Assembly: GCF_001194135.2 (NCBI RefSeq)
Contig: NC_068996.1
Coordinates: 25,614,642 to 25,678,641, forward strand
Direction: 5' to 3'
Length of the DNA: 64,000 bases
From: Octopus bimaculoides
Taxonomy: Eukaryota
Shown: positions 1-12,255 of the stretch, in pieces
Layout of the letters: every line of letters starts with the position of its first letter
Numbering within the stretch: position 1 is the first letter of the stretch
The notes under the pieces: generated by a model
Databases searched by the model: none
The model's input: only the letters and a program-made list of their open reading frames with translations
Told to the model about the DNA's origin: nothing
Program-made: the position numbers and the translations under genes

Positions 1-67
<67 letters not shown>

Positions 68-99
68 TTATATGTATGTATGTATATAAACATTATATA

Positions 100-955
100 C
101 ACATGTACACATTTTTGGATGACTGTTGACTACTCATGACTTCCTTCACCCATTGATGGGTTTTATTTTTTATCCCGCAAGGTATCCAAGAATCATCCTC
201 ATCAGAGATTGTCAGTTTAGTCACTGATGACCCTGACCATGCAACAAGTTATACTGAGTTACATGTTACCAGTAGTGCTCAAGAGTGACCTGAACTTTTT
301 CATAAAGACAAAGTCTCTGCCAGGAAAATTGGTCTACACATAAGTGTTACCAAGACAAAGAACATGTTACTTAAACCAACAAGATGGAAACATTGTCACA
401 CTGGATTGTGAAATACTAAATTGAGTTGATGATTTTCTTTATTTGGGCAGCAGGACATTGACATTAGAAGTACCAAGGCTGGGACTGCAATGAACAAAAT
501 GGAAAATATATTGAAGTCAGATCTACTCAGAAAAATTAAAATATCATTTCTCAGAACATCTGTTGAGCCAGTGTAGTATGGATCAAGAACATGATCCCTG
601 ACACAAGCACTTCAGAAGAAACTAGATGACACATATATTAAAATTCTTAGGGTTTGTACAAAAACTGGCATCAATGTATTACAAGAGAAAGTTTATACGG
701 AAACTTGTCCAAAGTAGCAACTACAATTGCTCAAAGACAGTTATGGTTTGCAAGACATTGCTGGAGACATAAACAGGAAGTTATAGCCAAACTACTTTTG
801 TGGGAATCAACTCATGGAAGATGCAGCAGAGGAAGACCTGCTCAAATATTCATTGATCAACTCTCAGACAATACATACTGCCTTAAAGAGCAGTTGTCAT
901 GAGCAATGAAAAGTCAGGAATTGTGGAGAAGCTTTGTAAGGAATGTCCAACCATG
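100..955 (+). mobile_element. Degenerate non-LTR retrotransposon, 3' part of RT ORF (RTE/RTE-X-like)
   Basis: ORF 654-902 (LYGNLSKVATTIAQRQLWFARHCWRHKQEVIAKLLLW...GRCSRGRPAQIFIDQL) resembles the RTE-X ORF C-terminus. Upstream broken frames read SARKIGLHISVTKTK and VDDFLYLGS (post-YADD RT motifs). Confidence 0.75.
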
Positions 956-992
956 GTCATAAAAAAGCCCAAAAACAAATGTGTGTGTGTGT

Positions 993-1030
<38 letters not shown>

Positions 1031-1031
<1 letters not shown>

Positions 1032-1850
1032 GAGAATTTTAAATGTATTTGATTCAAGATTGGAGAGGATAAGATACAAGATTGTTTCCTTTGCATGAAT
1101 AGTAATTGTGAGTATGTTCATTGAAGTTGGCAAGTACGAAACATAGTAATGATTTATATAGGAAGAAAGTAGAACGTCTGTGGAGCTGGTTTTACATGAG
1201 CCATATTGAGGATAATTGAAAAGAGTGTGAGAGAGAGAGAGAGAGAGTGAAGGTAGGAGAAAGAGAGAAGTTGAAACAAGGGGAAGGAGGGAGAAATCCA
1301 ACTTATTGGAGAAAATGCTTGTTATTGATTGTTTCCATCAACTTTGAAGCATTTGAAGTGAGAGTGACAGGTCGAGAGTTGGTGGTACCAAGAAAGTTAC
1401 CCTTGAGAATGGAACACATTACAAGTTTCTTGTAGAGGGAGATACTGGAGAGTTTGGTGAAACTGAGGTTTGCTGGTTTGGGAGTAAAACACTTAGCAAC
1501 TCTATGTATGCAGTAGTGGAAAGGTTGAGTGGAGTAGATTTTTGTTGAATCTGTGTAATAAATAAAGAGTTCAAATCATATCAGTCAGCCCATGCAGATT
1601 CTATGAAACTTTATTGTTTGAGGACTGATGGTGAAAAGGATTTTGCTAAATTGGTAGAGTTCCTTTGTTAAGACACCAAATAGACCTGCTGGAACTTGGG
1701 ATTCCAGAGAGAGAAAGCTTACAAACTGTGTACTGCACAAAGGCATTCTTTTTTGTTTACCTGATAGTAGTTTGCAGTAATAAAACACACCCAGTTTTCT
1801 GGTGATAGTGAGGTATAAGAAGAAAAGAGAGAAACCCTTTCTTCCCACTG
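1031..1850 (-). mobile_element. Degenerate CR1/L2-type LINE RT fragment
   Basis: Minus-strand frames give NSRPVTLTSNASKLMETI (cf. NYRPISLTS..KLME) near 1340-1410 and QYGSCKTSSTD (cf. QYGFR..RST.D) in ORF 957-1301. Confidence 0.6.
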
Positions 1851-2117
1851 GAAGAATGACTTATCCAAACTTCTTCCACCACTATTTATTTATCTCTAGT
1901 CATTGTTCTAACACTTGTTCCATCCACTTGTCTATTTCTGTCTAATTATGTCACCTAGGTAACAGAATGTATCTACTATTTTTAGTTAACTATCTGAGCA
2001 GTCCATAGCCTTCACTTTTAGACTACACACAAATTGCCATTTACTTCTTTGCAGCTGCTGCACTTTACACACACGCACACACGCACACACGCACACACAC
2101 ACACACACACATGCATA

Positions 2118-2168
<51 letters not shown>

Positions 2169-2556
2169 NNNNNNNNNNNNNNNNNNNNNNNNNNNNNNNN
2201 NNNNNNNNNNNNNNNNNNNNNNNNNNNNNNNNNNNNNNNNNNNNNNNNNNNNNNNNNNNNNNNNNNNNNNNNNNNNNNNNNNNNNNNNNNNNNNNNNNNN
2301 NNNNNNNNNNNNNNNNNNNNNNNNNNNNNNNNNNNNNNNNNNNNNNNNNNNNNNNNNNNNNNNNNNNNNNNNNNNNNNNNNNNNNNNNNNNNNNNNNNNN
2401 NNNNNNNNNNNNNNNNNNNNNNNNNNNNNNNNNNNNNNNNNNNNNNNNNNNNNNNNNNNNNNNNNNNNNNNNNNNNNNNNNNNNNNNNNNNNNNNNNNNN
2501 NNNNNNNNNNNNNNNNNNNNNNNNNNNNNNNNNNNNNNNNNNNNNNNNNNNNNNNA

Positions 2557-2742
2557 CTACACTCTCGGAGTGGTTCTACACTCTTGGAGTGGTTGGCGTT
2601 AGGAAGGGCATCCAGCTGTAGAAACTCTGCCAAATCAGATTGGAGCCTGGTGTAACCATCTGGTTTACCAGTACTCAGTCAAATCGTCCAACCCATGCTA
2701 GCATGGAAAGCAGACGTTAAATGACGATGATGATGATGATTA
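2557..2742 (+). mobile_element. RTE-type LINE 3' end (5'-truncated copy) with (GAT)n tail
   Basis: TGGTTGGCGTTAGGAAGGGCATCCAGC...CCATGCTAGCATGGAAAGCAGACGTTAAATGACGATGATGAT. The same module recurs many times in the window; the 5' side is lost in an N gap. Confidence 0.7.
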
Positions 2743-2797
2743 TGATATATGTATATATATATATTATATTGTATTACATTTTATTATATCATATGGA

Positions 2798-3025
2798 TGT
2801 GGTAAACTGGCAGAATTGTTAGCATGCTGGGAAAAATGCTTAGTGGTATTTTGTCTGTCTTTATGTTCTGAGTTCAAATCCTACTAAGGTCGACTTTGCC
2901 TTTCTTCTTTTCAGGGTTGATAAATTAAGGACCAGTTGAACATTGGGCTTAATGTAATTGACTTCCACCCCCACCCCAAAATTGCTGGCCTTGTGCCAAA
3001 ACTTGAAACCATTGTATTATATTAC
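2798..3025 (+). mobile_element. tRNA-head SINE with conserved core (tail type A)
   Basis: Head AAACTGGCAGAATTGTTAG...GAGTTCAAATCC, core GTCGACTTTGCCTTTC..GGGTTGATAAATTAAG, tail CCCCAAAATTGCTGGCCTTGTGCC...ATTATTATT. Head and core are shared with 24184-24404. Confidence 0.75.
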
Positions 3026-3066
3026 ATGTGTGTGTGTATGTGTGTCTATAGTATGTATGTATGTAC

Positions 3067-3104
<38 letters not shown>

Positions 3105-3559
3105 TGTCTATATGAATAATCTCTGTATGCATATGAATGTGATGTTGGTGTTTGTGTGTGTGTGTGTGTGTGTGTGTGCGTCAGGGAATTATAATCTCTT
3201 AGCAACCAAGCTAATGTTTCCTGAAGTTCCATGTATAGAATCATTTAGAAACAATGGTTTTCTTTGGTTTGATTATTTGCTATTTAACCTAATATATTTG
3301 GGAAGAAACTTCGTTGTGCTTCCATGCCTCTACATGAATGGTTGGTGTTATTATAATTATTTTTCCTTTGTTACTGTTTCCTCTCAACTCCTCCCCTATC
3401 CATTTCTTTTGCCTTAGACTAAGCCATTTCTGCAACTATTTGATTTAAATGAACACAAGACATAAATACACAATACAGAACATTGTCTAATAACACGGTA
3501 CAACAAGTTTCAGGGTCAAGAAAAAAAACATAGTTCTCATGTTATGAAATTGATTGATA

Positions 3560-5220
3560 AATTCAAATTTTATAACAAAAAATTTCTCACCATGTCACAT
3601 TTTCTTGTTAATTATTGACTTTATAACTATGGAATCTATATCAATTTCCACGGTACCATAAATTTATTTTGCTTCCAGAGTCAGATTAAATATGTCCATT
3701 GTAATTAATTCATATATATAATGAATTGGCATGTTTGTTAGCATTATGTAATGTATCAACCTATATTTTAATATTTACTTCTTTGTTTATAAGACATCTC
3801 AGGTTTGTCACACTTCAGGTTCTTGCAGAAGTGAGCCAGCATAGCTGGATTCCATTTTCCCTTATACCTGTTGTCCATTGATGCCATATCTTGATGGAAC
3901 CTCCTTCCATGTTCATCGCTCACATCTCCTGCATTCTCTGGGAAGAAGGACAAATGAGAATGAAGAAAGTGTATCTTCAATGACACATTGCATCCGAGAT
4001 CTTGGTAGCACTTGATTAGGCTCTCCAGTATACTCTCTTGCTGGGCCACTTGGTGCATTCCCAGAAGTTCTTTCCATACATCTTTGAATGCATGCCAGGC
4101 CACTGGCTCAGTTTCATCCATAGTCACCTTGAAGTCCTCACCAACTATAAGTTGATGAATCTGAGGGCCTATGAATCTGCCCTCTTTAAACTTGGCATCA
4201 CTTATTTTAGGTAAGATCACCTTGAGGTACTGGAAACATGGCATGTTATGTTGCAGTGCTTTGGTAAATTGCTTCATTAGGCCTAGTTTTATATGCAGTG
4301 GTGGCAAAATGATTTTCTCCTTCTTAACTAGTGGCTCATGACTAACATTATGGCATCCAGGTGTCATAGTTTCCCAAGGTGGCCATTCTGAATGTACATA
4401 TTGTTCTGATCTGGCCCTACTCTCCCACTTGCAAAGGAAGCACATAAACTTGGTGTATCCAGTTTGTAGTCCATTAACTAGAGCTACTACTTTCAAGTCC
4501 ACACAAATTAGCCACTAATGCTCCTTGTAACTTATACGGTCTAGAATAAAAGCGAGGGACTGAGTGAACAATTGGAACTGAAGATGCGGTGTTCCCAATG
4601 TGCAACAGAACCGCTTTTATACTGTAAAGGGATGCATCTATGAATAACTTCCACTCATTTGGTTCATAGATCAGCTCAAGGGCATTAGATAGGTCTCTGA
4701 TGTCATTACGATAAGTTAAGTTGTTTTCAAAAGTGAAGAATTGCTGTGGATCTGCAGAGCGCTTCCGAAATACTGTAGTTTGAGCACCTTTATCCAACAG
4801 GTTCCATTGTTGCAGATGTGAGGTCAGGACTTCACTCTGATGCTTAGTAAGTATTAAATCACAAACTAGATTATTGGGTTCAGGTTGCATGATGAGGTGT
4901 GGTTTCTTGTCAGATTTACCACAGATTTGGACCCACATAACTATAAAAATATTGAGTGTACTTTTATAATTTTCATAGGTTAGGTTGACAAATATCTTAG
5001 GAACACCTCATTAAAATTATATCAAAATCTGTTCATAACTTTTAGATTTGTCAGTTTTGGCCCAGTCTTGTTTGCACTCAATTCCTACAGAATCATCAGT
5101 GTATTTAAAGTAAGATGGTAATTTACAAGAAACTGGAGGGTCACAGAAAGAAACATGTTATATTCATGGTCTACACTCAAAATACCCCATTTCTGTTTTT
5201 TTGTCATTGTTATACAAAGT
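3560..5220 (-). mobile_element. Chapaev3-like (CMC group) DNA transposon relic; termini uncertain
   Basis: Contains the frameshifted transposase at 3768-4938. The family call rests on my recall of Chapaev3 motifs; no TIR/TSD was resolved. Confidence 0.65.
3768..4938 (-). pseudogene. Frameshifted DDE transposase (ORFs 4474-4938 and 3768-4502)
   Basis: Motifs EWKLFIDAS..SIKAVLLHIGN, DLKVV..GLQTGYTKFMCFLCKWESR, LPPLHIKLGLMKQF, SLKIHFLHSHL and SDEHGRRFHQD (expected GERFHQ). Confidence 0.85.
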
Positions 5221-6074
5221 AATTAATGAATTTTTATGACTGTAAAATATATCATATTTTAGTGTTCAGGAGGGAATGTTTAATATTATTGCACAGTGTG
5301 AAACTGTGTGGTCATGTGGTAAAAAATGTTCAGCTTATAATTGTAAGATCATGGATTCAATTCCTGGATTAGTTAACAGATTGTACTCTTGAGCAATGTA
5401 CTTCATTTCATGTTGCTCCAGTCTACTCAATAAATAAGTACCATCCAGATGCTGGTAGAAAACTCTAGCTGTCACAGCCTGAATGTCTCACTGACTGAGT
5501 TACGAGTGAAGGGGCCATAAGAATGAGGATGTCTGCATCTGTATGCTACTAAGCAGGTACCTAAAGCAATTAGTGAAAGCATGGTACTTGTTACCAAACC
5601 ATATTCACATATTTTTTTGTTGTTAAATTATGAAACTGTGCTTTGAATTTACCCCTCCTCACACCACCACCACCACCACCACCACCACCNNNNNNNNNNN
5701 NNNNNNNNNNNNNNNNNNNNNNNNNNNNNNNNNNNNNNNNNNNNNNNNNNNNNNNNNNNNNNNNNNNNNNNNNNNNNNNNNNNNNNNNNNNNNNNNNNNN
5801 NNNNNNNNNNNNNNNNNNNNNNNNNNNNNNNNNNNNNNNNNNNNNNNNNNNNNNNNNNNNNNNNNNNNNNNNNNNNNNNNNNNNNNNNNNNNNNNNNNNN
5901 NNNCTCCCCTCCATCCACCTCCTCCCCTCCATCCACCTCCTCCCCTCCATCCCACCTTCTCCCCTCCATCTCACCTTCTCCCTCCATCCCACCTCCTCTT
6001 CCTTTTCTAATTTCCATCTCCATAGCTGGCATGGGTTGGATGGTTTATCAGAATCCAGTGGTCTGCACTACTGT

Positions 6075-6397
6075 GCTGAGAGCATTGGGTTCACATTCAT
6101 AAGGTAGTGAATTTGATTCCCAAACTGGGTTGTCGGTTGTGTTCTTGAGCAAGACACCTTATTTCACCTTGTTCCAGTTCACTCAGCTGTAGAAATGAGC
6201 TGCGATGTCACAGGTACCAAGCTGTATCGGCCTTTGCCTTTCCCTTGGATAACATCAGTGGCATGGAGAGGGGTGGCTGGTATGCATGGGCAACTGCTGG
6301 TCTTCCATAAACAATCTTGCCCAGACATGTGCCTTGGAGGAGAACTTTCTAGGTGCAATCCCATGGTCATTCATGACCGAAGGGGGTCTTTACCTTT
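6075..6397 (+). mobile_element. tRNA-head SINE, long-tail family
   Basis: Degenerate A/B boxes, core GTTCTTGAGCAAGACACCTTATTTCAC..CACTCAGCTG (shared with 7362-7623), distinct 3' part ending GGGGGTCTTTACCTTTA. Confidence 0.6.
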
Positions 6398-6539
6398 ATT
6401 GAGGCAGGAATAATGGAGACAGAAAAAGAGAAGAGGAATGATAATGTGAGGAGACTGGGAACAAAGTGATAACAGAGAAGGGATGGGTTGTGTAGATGGA
6501 CCCAGTGAGGGGTTGGATTGGTCCACTTGCTATGCCAGT

Positions 6540-7290
6540 ATTGGATAATTCACAAGGATCCAAGAACTTCTTATTGGAGTTAGACAGGTTTTAATGTTGA
6601 GAGAGACAGGGGAGAGACAAAAAAAGACAGCATTAGAGAAGTTGGGTAAAGAGAAGGAAAGTGCAAAGTAGTGTTGGTGGAGTTGGTGAAACAGAATTAG
6701 AGTAATGTAGAAGGGTTCAGTAAGAGGAGATGCAATGCTTATTCCAAGTTACATATGAGTGGAGGGAAAAGCAAGATGAAGGTTGAGTTATAGGAATGAA
6801 AGGTAAAGGTAGTGTCAGGAAGTTTAGTGAGTGAGAGAGAGAAAGAGGGAGAGAAAGAGAGAGAGAGTCAGTCATAAGGACAATGAAGATAGGAGAGTGA
6901 AAGGAGATGCTATGTAACCCCACGTTCTATATGAGTGGGTAGAGTGGTCTGGAGGAGAAATAAGATGATGATGACAGGCCAGAGTATATCCTCAAGATAA
7001 CATGTCCAAGAGAGCATAGGGACAAGTGAATCACTGAGGGTGGATTAAGGGTTTCCAGAGTGCAATCCCTCCCTTCTCAAGCATCATGATTCAAGAGAAA
7101 TGAGGAGGAAGGGATAGCAGAATATAGGTGGTGGAAGTATGGATGAAGGAGACTGAGATATTCAATGTGTATAAATTGAGTGCTTTCATCTTAGTTATGA
7201 GAGGCAAATGTACTGTGAGATGACAGTGAGATGAGAGAGCATAGAATAGGCATAGTAGTTTAAGAGGATAGATGGTGGGCTGATGTGGGG
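6540..7290 (-). mobile_element. Degenerate CR1/L2-type LINE fragment
   Basis: CT-rich minus strand with a weak match to the GVPQGS..SPILF.I..D region (HSPIFIVLMTD, ORF 6717-6923) and SLNIKT. Confidence 0.45.
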
Positions 7291-7299
7291 TACAGAGTT

Positions 7300-7885
7300 T
7301 ATTTAGTATTCCACCATCCAGTGTGACAATGTTTCCATCTTTTTGGTTTAGTGACATGTACTCTGTGGAGGCGCGTGGCTTAGTGGTTAGGGTGTCAGCA
7401 TCATGATCGTAAGATTGTGGTTTCAATTCCTGGACCTGGTGACGCGTTGTGTTCTTGAGCAAAACACTTCATTTCACGTTGCTCCAGTCCACTCAGCTGG
7501 CAAAAATGAGTAACACTGCGATGGACCGGCGTCCCGTCCAGCTGGGGAACACATACGCCATTGAAACTGGGAAACCGGGCCCATGAGCCTGGCTAGGCTT
7601 TAAAAGGGCACATTTATTTATTTACATGTACCCTATCTTGGTAAGATTTATGCGTAGATCAATTTTCCTGGCAGAGACTTTGTCTTTATGAAGAAGTTCA
7701 GGTTACTCTTGAATGCCACTGATAACGTGTAACTCAGTACAACCCTGTTGCATAGTCAGGTCAGTGACTAAACTGGTAACCTCACTGAACTTGGTGATGA
7801 AGGTGACTGTTGGACACCTTGTGGGATAAAAAATAAAACCCATCAATGGGTGACAGAACTCATGAGCAGTCAACAATCATCCAAC
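7300..7885 (-). mobile_element. RTE-X-like fragment, inverted relative to 100-400, interrupted by a SINE
   Basis: 7650-7885 is the reverse complement of ~112-350 (e.g. GAGACTTTGTCTTTATGAA, AAAAAATAAAACCCATCAATGGGTGA). ORF 7091-7462 carries LNQKDGNIVTLDG as at 375-405. Confidence 0.75.
7362..7623 (+). mobile_element. Young full-length tRNA-head SINE with 8-bp TSD
   Basis: A box TGGCTTAGTGG, B box GGTTTCAATTCC, CpGs retained, (ATTT)n tail. TSD ACATGTAC at 7354-7361 and 7624-7631. Confidence 0.9.
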
Positions 7886-8129
7886 ATTGTGTACATATGT
7901 ATATGAATGTTGCCAGAGTGCAGTTCCTCCCTTCTCAAGCACCATAATTCAAGAGGAATGAGTGGGGTGGGATAGCAGAATATAGTGGTGGAAGTATGGA
8001 AGAAAGAGTTTGAGATATTCAATGTGTATAAATTGAGTGCTTTCTTCTCAAGTATGGGAGGCAATGCACTGTGAAATAGTATAAGTACAGTGGCAAGAAG
8101 GATAGATAGTGGGCTGATGAGGGTGTTAG

Positions 8130-8385
8130 ATTAAGCAATAGGCTAATCCTGTTCCTTGTTAGTTTTGAAATTACTCTTTTTGCAATTTCCCTTACTCTTC
8201 AAACAGTTGACAATGATATTGCAACACCAGTCAGGGTATGCCATCTTTCTGTACTTCTTGACTTACTATTTGAGTGACTACCCAGTACCCAACTTTACCA
8301 GATATTTTAAGCATCTTAGCAACTATCCCAGCTGGGCCATCCACTATCCCTATTTTACTATCCTTTAGAGAGCTCTCGATCATAC
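8130..8385 (-). mobile_element. RTE LINE RT N-terminal fragment
   Basis: Minus strand reads DGPAGIVAKMLKISGKVG...IVNCLKSKG (cf. GPSGI.AEMLK.SG...IV..YKGKG). Confidence 0.65.
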
Positions 8386-8714
8386 TGGTTATGGTTGTTT
8401 TACCCCAAGTAAAAGCAATAAAACCATCATGTATAGCAAATTTTTAATTTGTAAGCTCAATGGGAATAAATATTAAAATTCACTGAGTAATCTGAATGCT
8501 TGGCAGAATCATTGGCATGCTGGACAGGATGCTTTGCTGTATTTGTTCTAACTTGCTGCACTCAGAGTTCAAATTGCTGCACCACCATCAGCAACTGACA
8601 CAATTTCTTGGGGTGCATATACATGGTCTCCCAAGACCAATGCATACCTACTACTATATATATGCATATACGCACACACACCTATATATATGTATACATA
8701 CACTCATATATATC

Positions 8715-9085
8715 ATCCTCATCATTATCTTTGTTTAACATCTACCTTCCATGCTGGCAAGGGTTGGACAGTTTAACAGGAACTGGCTAAGCAAGAGCCT
8801 GCACTAGACTTCTATGTTTGTTTTGACATAGTTTTTACAGTTGGATGCCCTTCTTAACACCAATCACCCACCCAGCCGGGTGGACAGAGTGCTTTTTATG
8901 TGGCACAAGCACAGGTGAAGTTAGTTTTGGCATGGTTTTTTTACAACTGGATGCCCTTCTGAACACCAACCATTTTACAGTGTGGACTGGGTGCTTTTTG
9001 TGTGACACCAAATACTGGCAGAATCACTAAGTAACATTCAAGACAAAGATCCTTTGAGAGAGGACCTTTGTCTTGAACAGTACTT
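8715..9085 (-). mobile_element. RTE-tail element with internal duplication
   Basis: The module TTTTACA..TGGATGCCCTTCT.AACACCAA occurs twice (~8833 and ~8938). The same architecture appears in + orientation at 55735-56187. Confidence 0.65.
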
Positions 9086-9093
9086 GGTGACCC

Positions 9094-9124
<31 letters not shown>

Positions 9125-9475
9125 GCCTTATCTTCGAAACGCCTAGTTAGAATAGAGGCAGCTGATGAAGGAATAATTCCAAGTGGCTATCTGTTTTCCT
9201 ATGTGTTCGTTCCGTTGTCTGTAGTTCATTTTTCTAATGTCCTGTACCTTGATATGCATCTATATACACATGTAGATGTAAGTATGTACATATATGTGTG
9301 TATACATGCATATATATTCTTTGTATTATATANNNNNNNNNNNNNNNNNNNNNNNNNNNNNNNNNNNNNNNNNNNNNNNNNNNNNNNNNNNNNNNNNNNN
9401 NNNNNNNNNNNNNNNNNNNNNNNNNNNNNNNNNNNNNNNNNNNNNNNNNNNNNNNNNNNNNNNNNNNNNNNNNNN

Positions 9476-9509
<34 letters not shown>

Positions 9510-9519
9510 TGTATGTATG

Positions 9520-9553
<34 letters not shown>

Positions 9554-10619
9554 TGCATGTATGTATGTATGTATGTATACTTATATATACCTATATATTT
9601 TTATAAGTGTGTGTATATGTGTGCGTGTGTGTGTGTGTGTGCATGCATGTCTGCATGTGCAGGAAGGGGTTTAAAGATTGCTTTTCAGTCATGTGGTTCT
9701 TAGGTTTAAGTCCAAGTGTGTGGTACCTTGAGTAAATGTTTTCTTCACATATGCTTTGGGCTGACCAGCGTCCTGAGTATGGAATTGGTGAACAAAAATT
9801 GTATGGAAGTCTATTACACACACACACAAACTCACACACACACACACACATGTCTGTATACAATCATATTTAAAATGTTCATGTACCATAGACATGGAAA
9901 AACCTTTCACTGTGAAAATAGTTTCAGGAGAAAATCATTCTCAATCCTAACAGGGTTATGAACAACTGTGCAGAAACACATGTGCTCTTTGATCCAATGA
10001 TGACATTCATAATGTAATGATGTGTTTTCAGACATATCTATGAGGAGAAATTTCTCCTGAGACTGTCTTGTTCAAATGTATACAAGCATGTTATATAAGA
10101 TTGTGCACACCTATTCAATATTACTTTGCACACTTTCACTTAATTAATTCTAGCTTCATCAAGCTTTGTTCAGATTAAATTATGTACCATTTGCTGTTCT
10201 TTTATATAAGAACAGCTGTCCCTGCAGGGCCATGAATGACTGATACTGTGTTTGTGGATGATGAAATGTGAAAATGCTGAAATATATGCATCCTAATGTC
10301 TAATGGTGTGTTTTCACACATATCATTTATGAGTAGAGTTTTATCCTGAGACTAGTTCTTCAGCAAAAGGTCTTCGCAAATCCGAATGTATATGAGCATG
10401 CTAAATGTGATTGTATGCACATATTTCATTCAATGCTACATTGTACACCTCCAGTTAATACACATGCACACATGCACACACGCTCACACACACATATACA
10501 CAGATGCACATACATGTATATATCATCATCATATATATATATGTGTGTGAGCGTATGTGTGCATATATGTGTATACATATGTGTGTGTGTGTGTGTACAT
10601 GTGAGTGTGTACATATGTG

Positions 10620-10685
<66 letters not shown>

Positions 10686-11329
10686 ATGTATAAATTTGAC
10701 ATTGCATGGCTTTGTTTGTTACTGCATAAAGGAACAGTCTTTGATTCTCTTAAAAACTAGAAATTGCCAGCCAGAATTTGATTAAAGAGTCCAAAGATTT
10801 AGTGTTTCTTTAATATAACCAATGATCTGTATTTAATCACCTGCTTACAAATAGAACTGCAAAAGGAAAAACAAAATATAAATGTAAAAAAAAAGAAAAC
10901 AAGCAAAAAAAGCAGTAAAGCAGTGCAATCTTTCAGCATTGCATGGAATGCACCTTTATGGGTTTAAAAGACGTCATAGTACATATAGCTAGATGATATC
11001 CTTATCTCTGCTGCAACCAAAAGCAAATTATAGTGGAAACTATTATTAGATTGTTGAATTGCCCAGATGATCGACTGTACTTAATGTATCTGTTAATGTT
11101 AATAAAAGGCATTGAACATGCAACTTTTATTGATTTCTGTGGAACGGATGTATCAAATGACGGTGTAAAAACTGACTGTAGACTTTGATTAATATGATAA
11201 GAAGCATTAATGAACCCAAAACAGAAGATGGTGAAGAAGCATTACTTAGAGGTCTTACAAATATTATTGAGGAATCTACTGATGTCATCGATCCACTGTG
11301 GGCAGCTGAAAGTAAATGTATACATGATG

Positions 11330-11830
11330 AAGAAGTTTGGTTTACAACCATGTGCTTTTGGTCTGGTTTCACTATGCAGTGTAATGGACAAGTGTCTTCT
11401 ACTATAACAGCTGGCCAACAAATAACTTGTGAGTGTATTTGCTAGATGAAAATTGCATGGAATTTTGCTGTGTGTGTGTGTGTGTGTGCGGTGTGTACAC
11501 GTGTGTGTGTGTGCACAGACATAGCTGTGTGGTTAAGAAGTTAGCTTCTGAGCCACTTAGTTTCAGGTTCAATCCCACAGCATGGCGTCTGGGCAAGTGT
11601 CTTCTACTATAACAGCTGGCCAACAAATAACTTGTGAGTGTATTTGCTAGATGAAAATTGCATGGAATTTTGCTCTGTGTGTGTGTGGTGTGTACACTTG
11701 TGTGTGTGCACAGGCATAGCTGTGTGGTTAAGAAGTTAGCTTCTGAGCCACTTGGTTTCAGGGTTCAATCTCACAGCATGGCGTCTGGGCAAGTGCCTTC
11801 TTCAATAATGCTGAGCCAACCAAAGTACCT
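11330..11830 (+). repeat. Head-to-tail tandem of SINE 5' halves (~200-bp unit)
   Basis: CAAGTG(T/C)CTTCT starts at 11389, 11594 and 11790; the two full units are nearly identical. Confidence 0.85.
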
Positions 11831-12197
11831 ATGTATTTGTGTGAGTTTCTACTTCCTCTTGTATTCATGTATGTTTGCTGCTTCTAAACAATTTCCACAC
11901 TGTTCATGCAGTTAGTGGTGTTTGCTTGCAGTCCTACACAAAAGCGTATTCAGGTTTCTTGACATATTTATGCAATCTTTGTAAGCAAAAGGCTCAATGA
12001 GCCATTGCTGTTTGTTTCCAGTTTTCCACATAATCTTGTTTGGGCAGTTTGTTCTTCAGTATGATGGAAGATTATTACCTCATTTGGAAACTGGTAGGAG
12101 TTGGCATAAGGAAGGGTATGTGGCTATGGAAAAACCCCTGCCTTAATACACCCTTGTTTGACCTATGGTTAGTCTACATTAAAATGATGATGATGAT

Positions 12198-12235
<38 letters not shown>

Positions 12236-12255
12236 CATTTATTATCATCACCATA

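Noticed and set aside
1031-7290. CR1/L2 fragments at 1.0-1.85 kb and 6.5-7.3 kb as one interrupted element
   Set aside because: Their domain order on the minus strand is not collinear, so they are treated as separate relics.
7362-7450. tRNA-like sequence with A and B boxes (also at 12256, 24184, 28950, 61715)
   Set aside because: Each continues into a SINE core and tail without a complete cloverleaf or acceptor stem, so they are SINE heads rather than tRNA genes.
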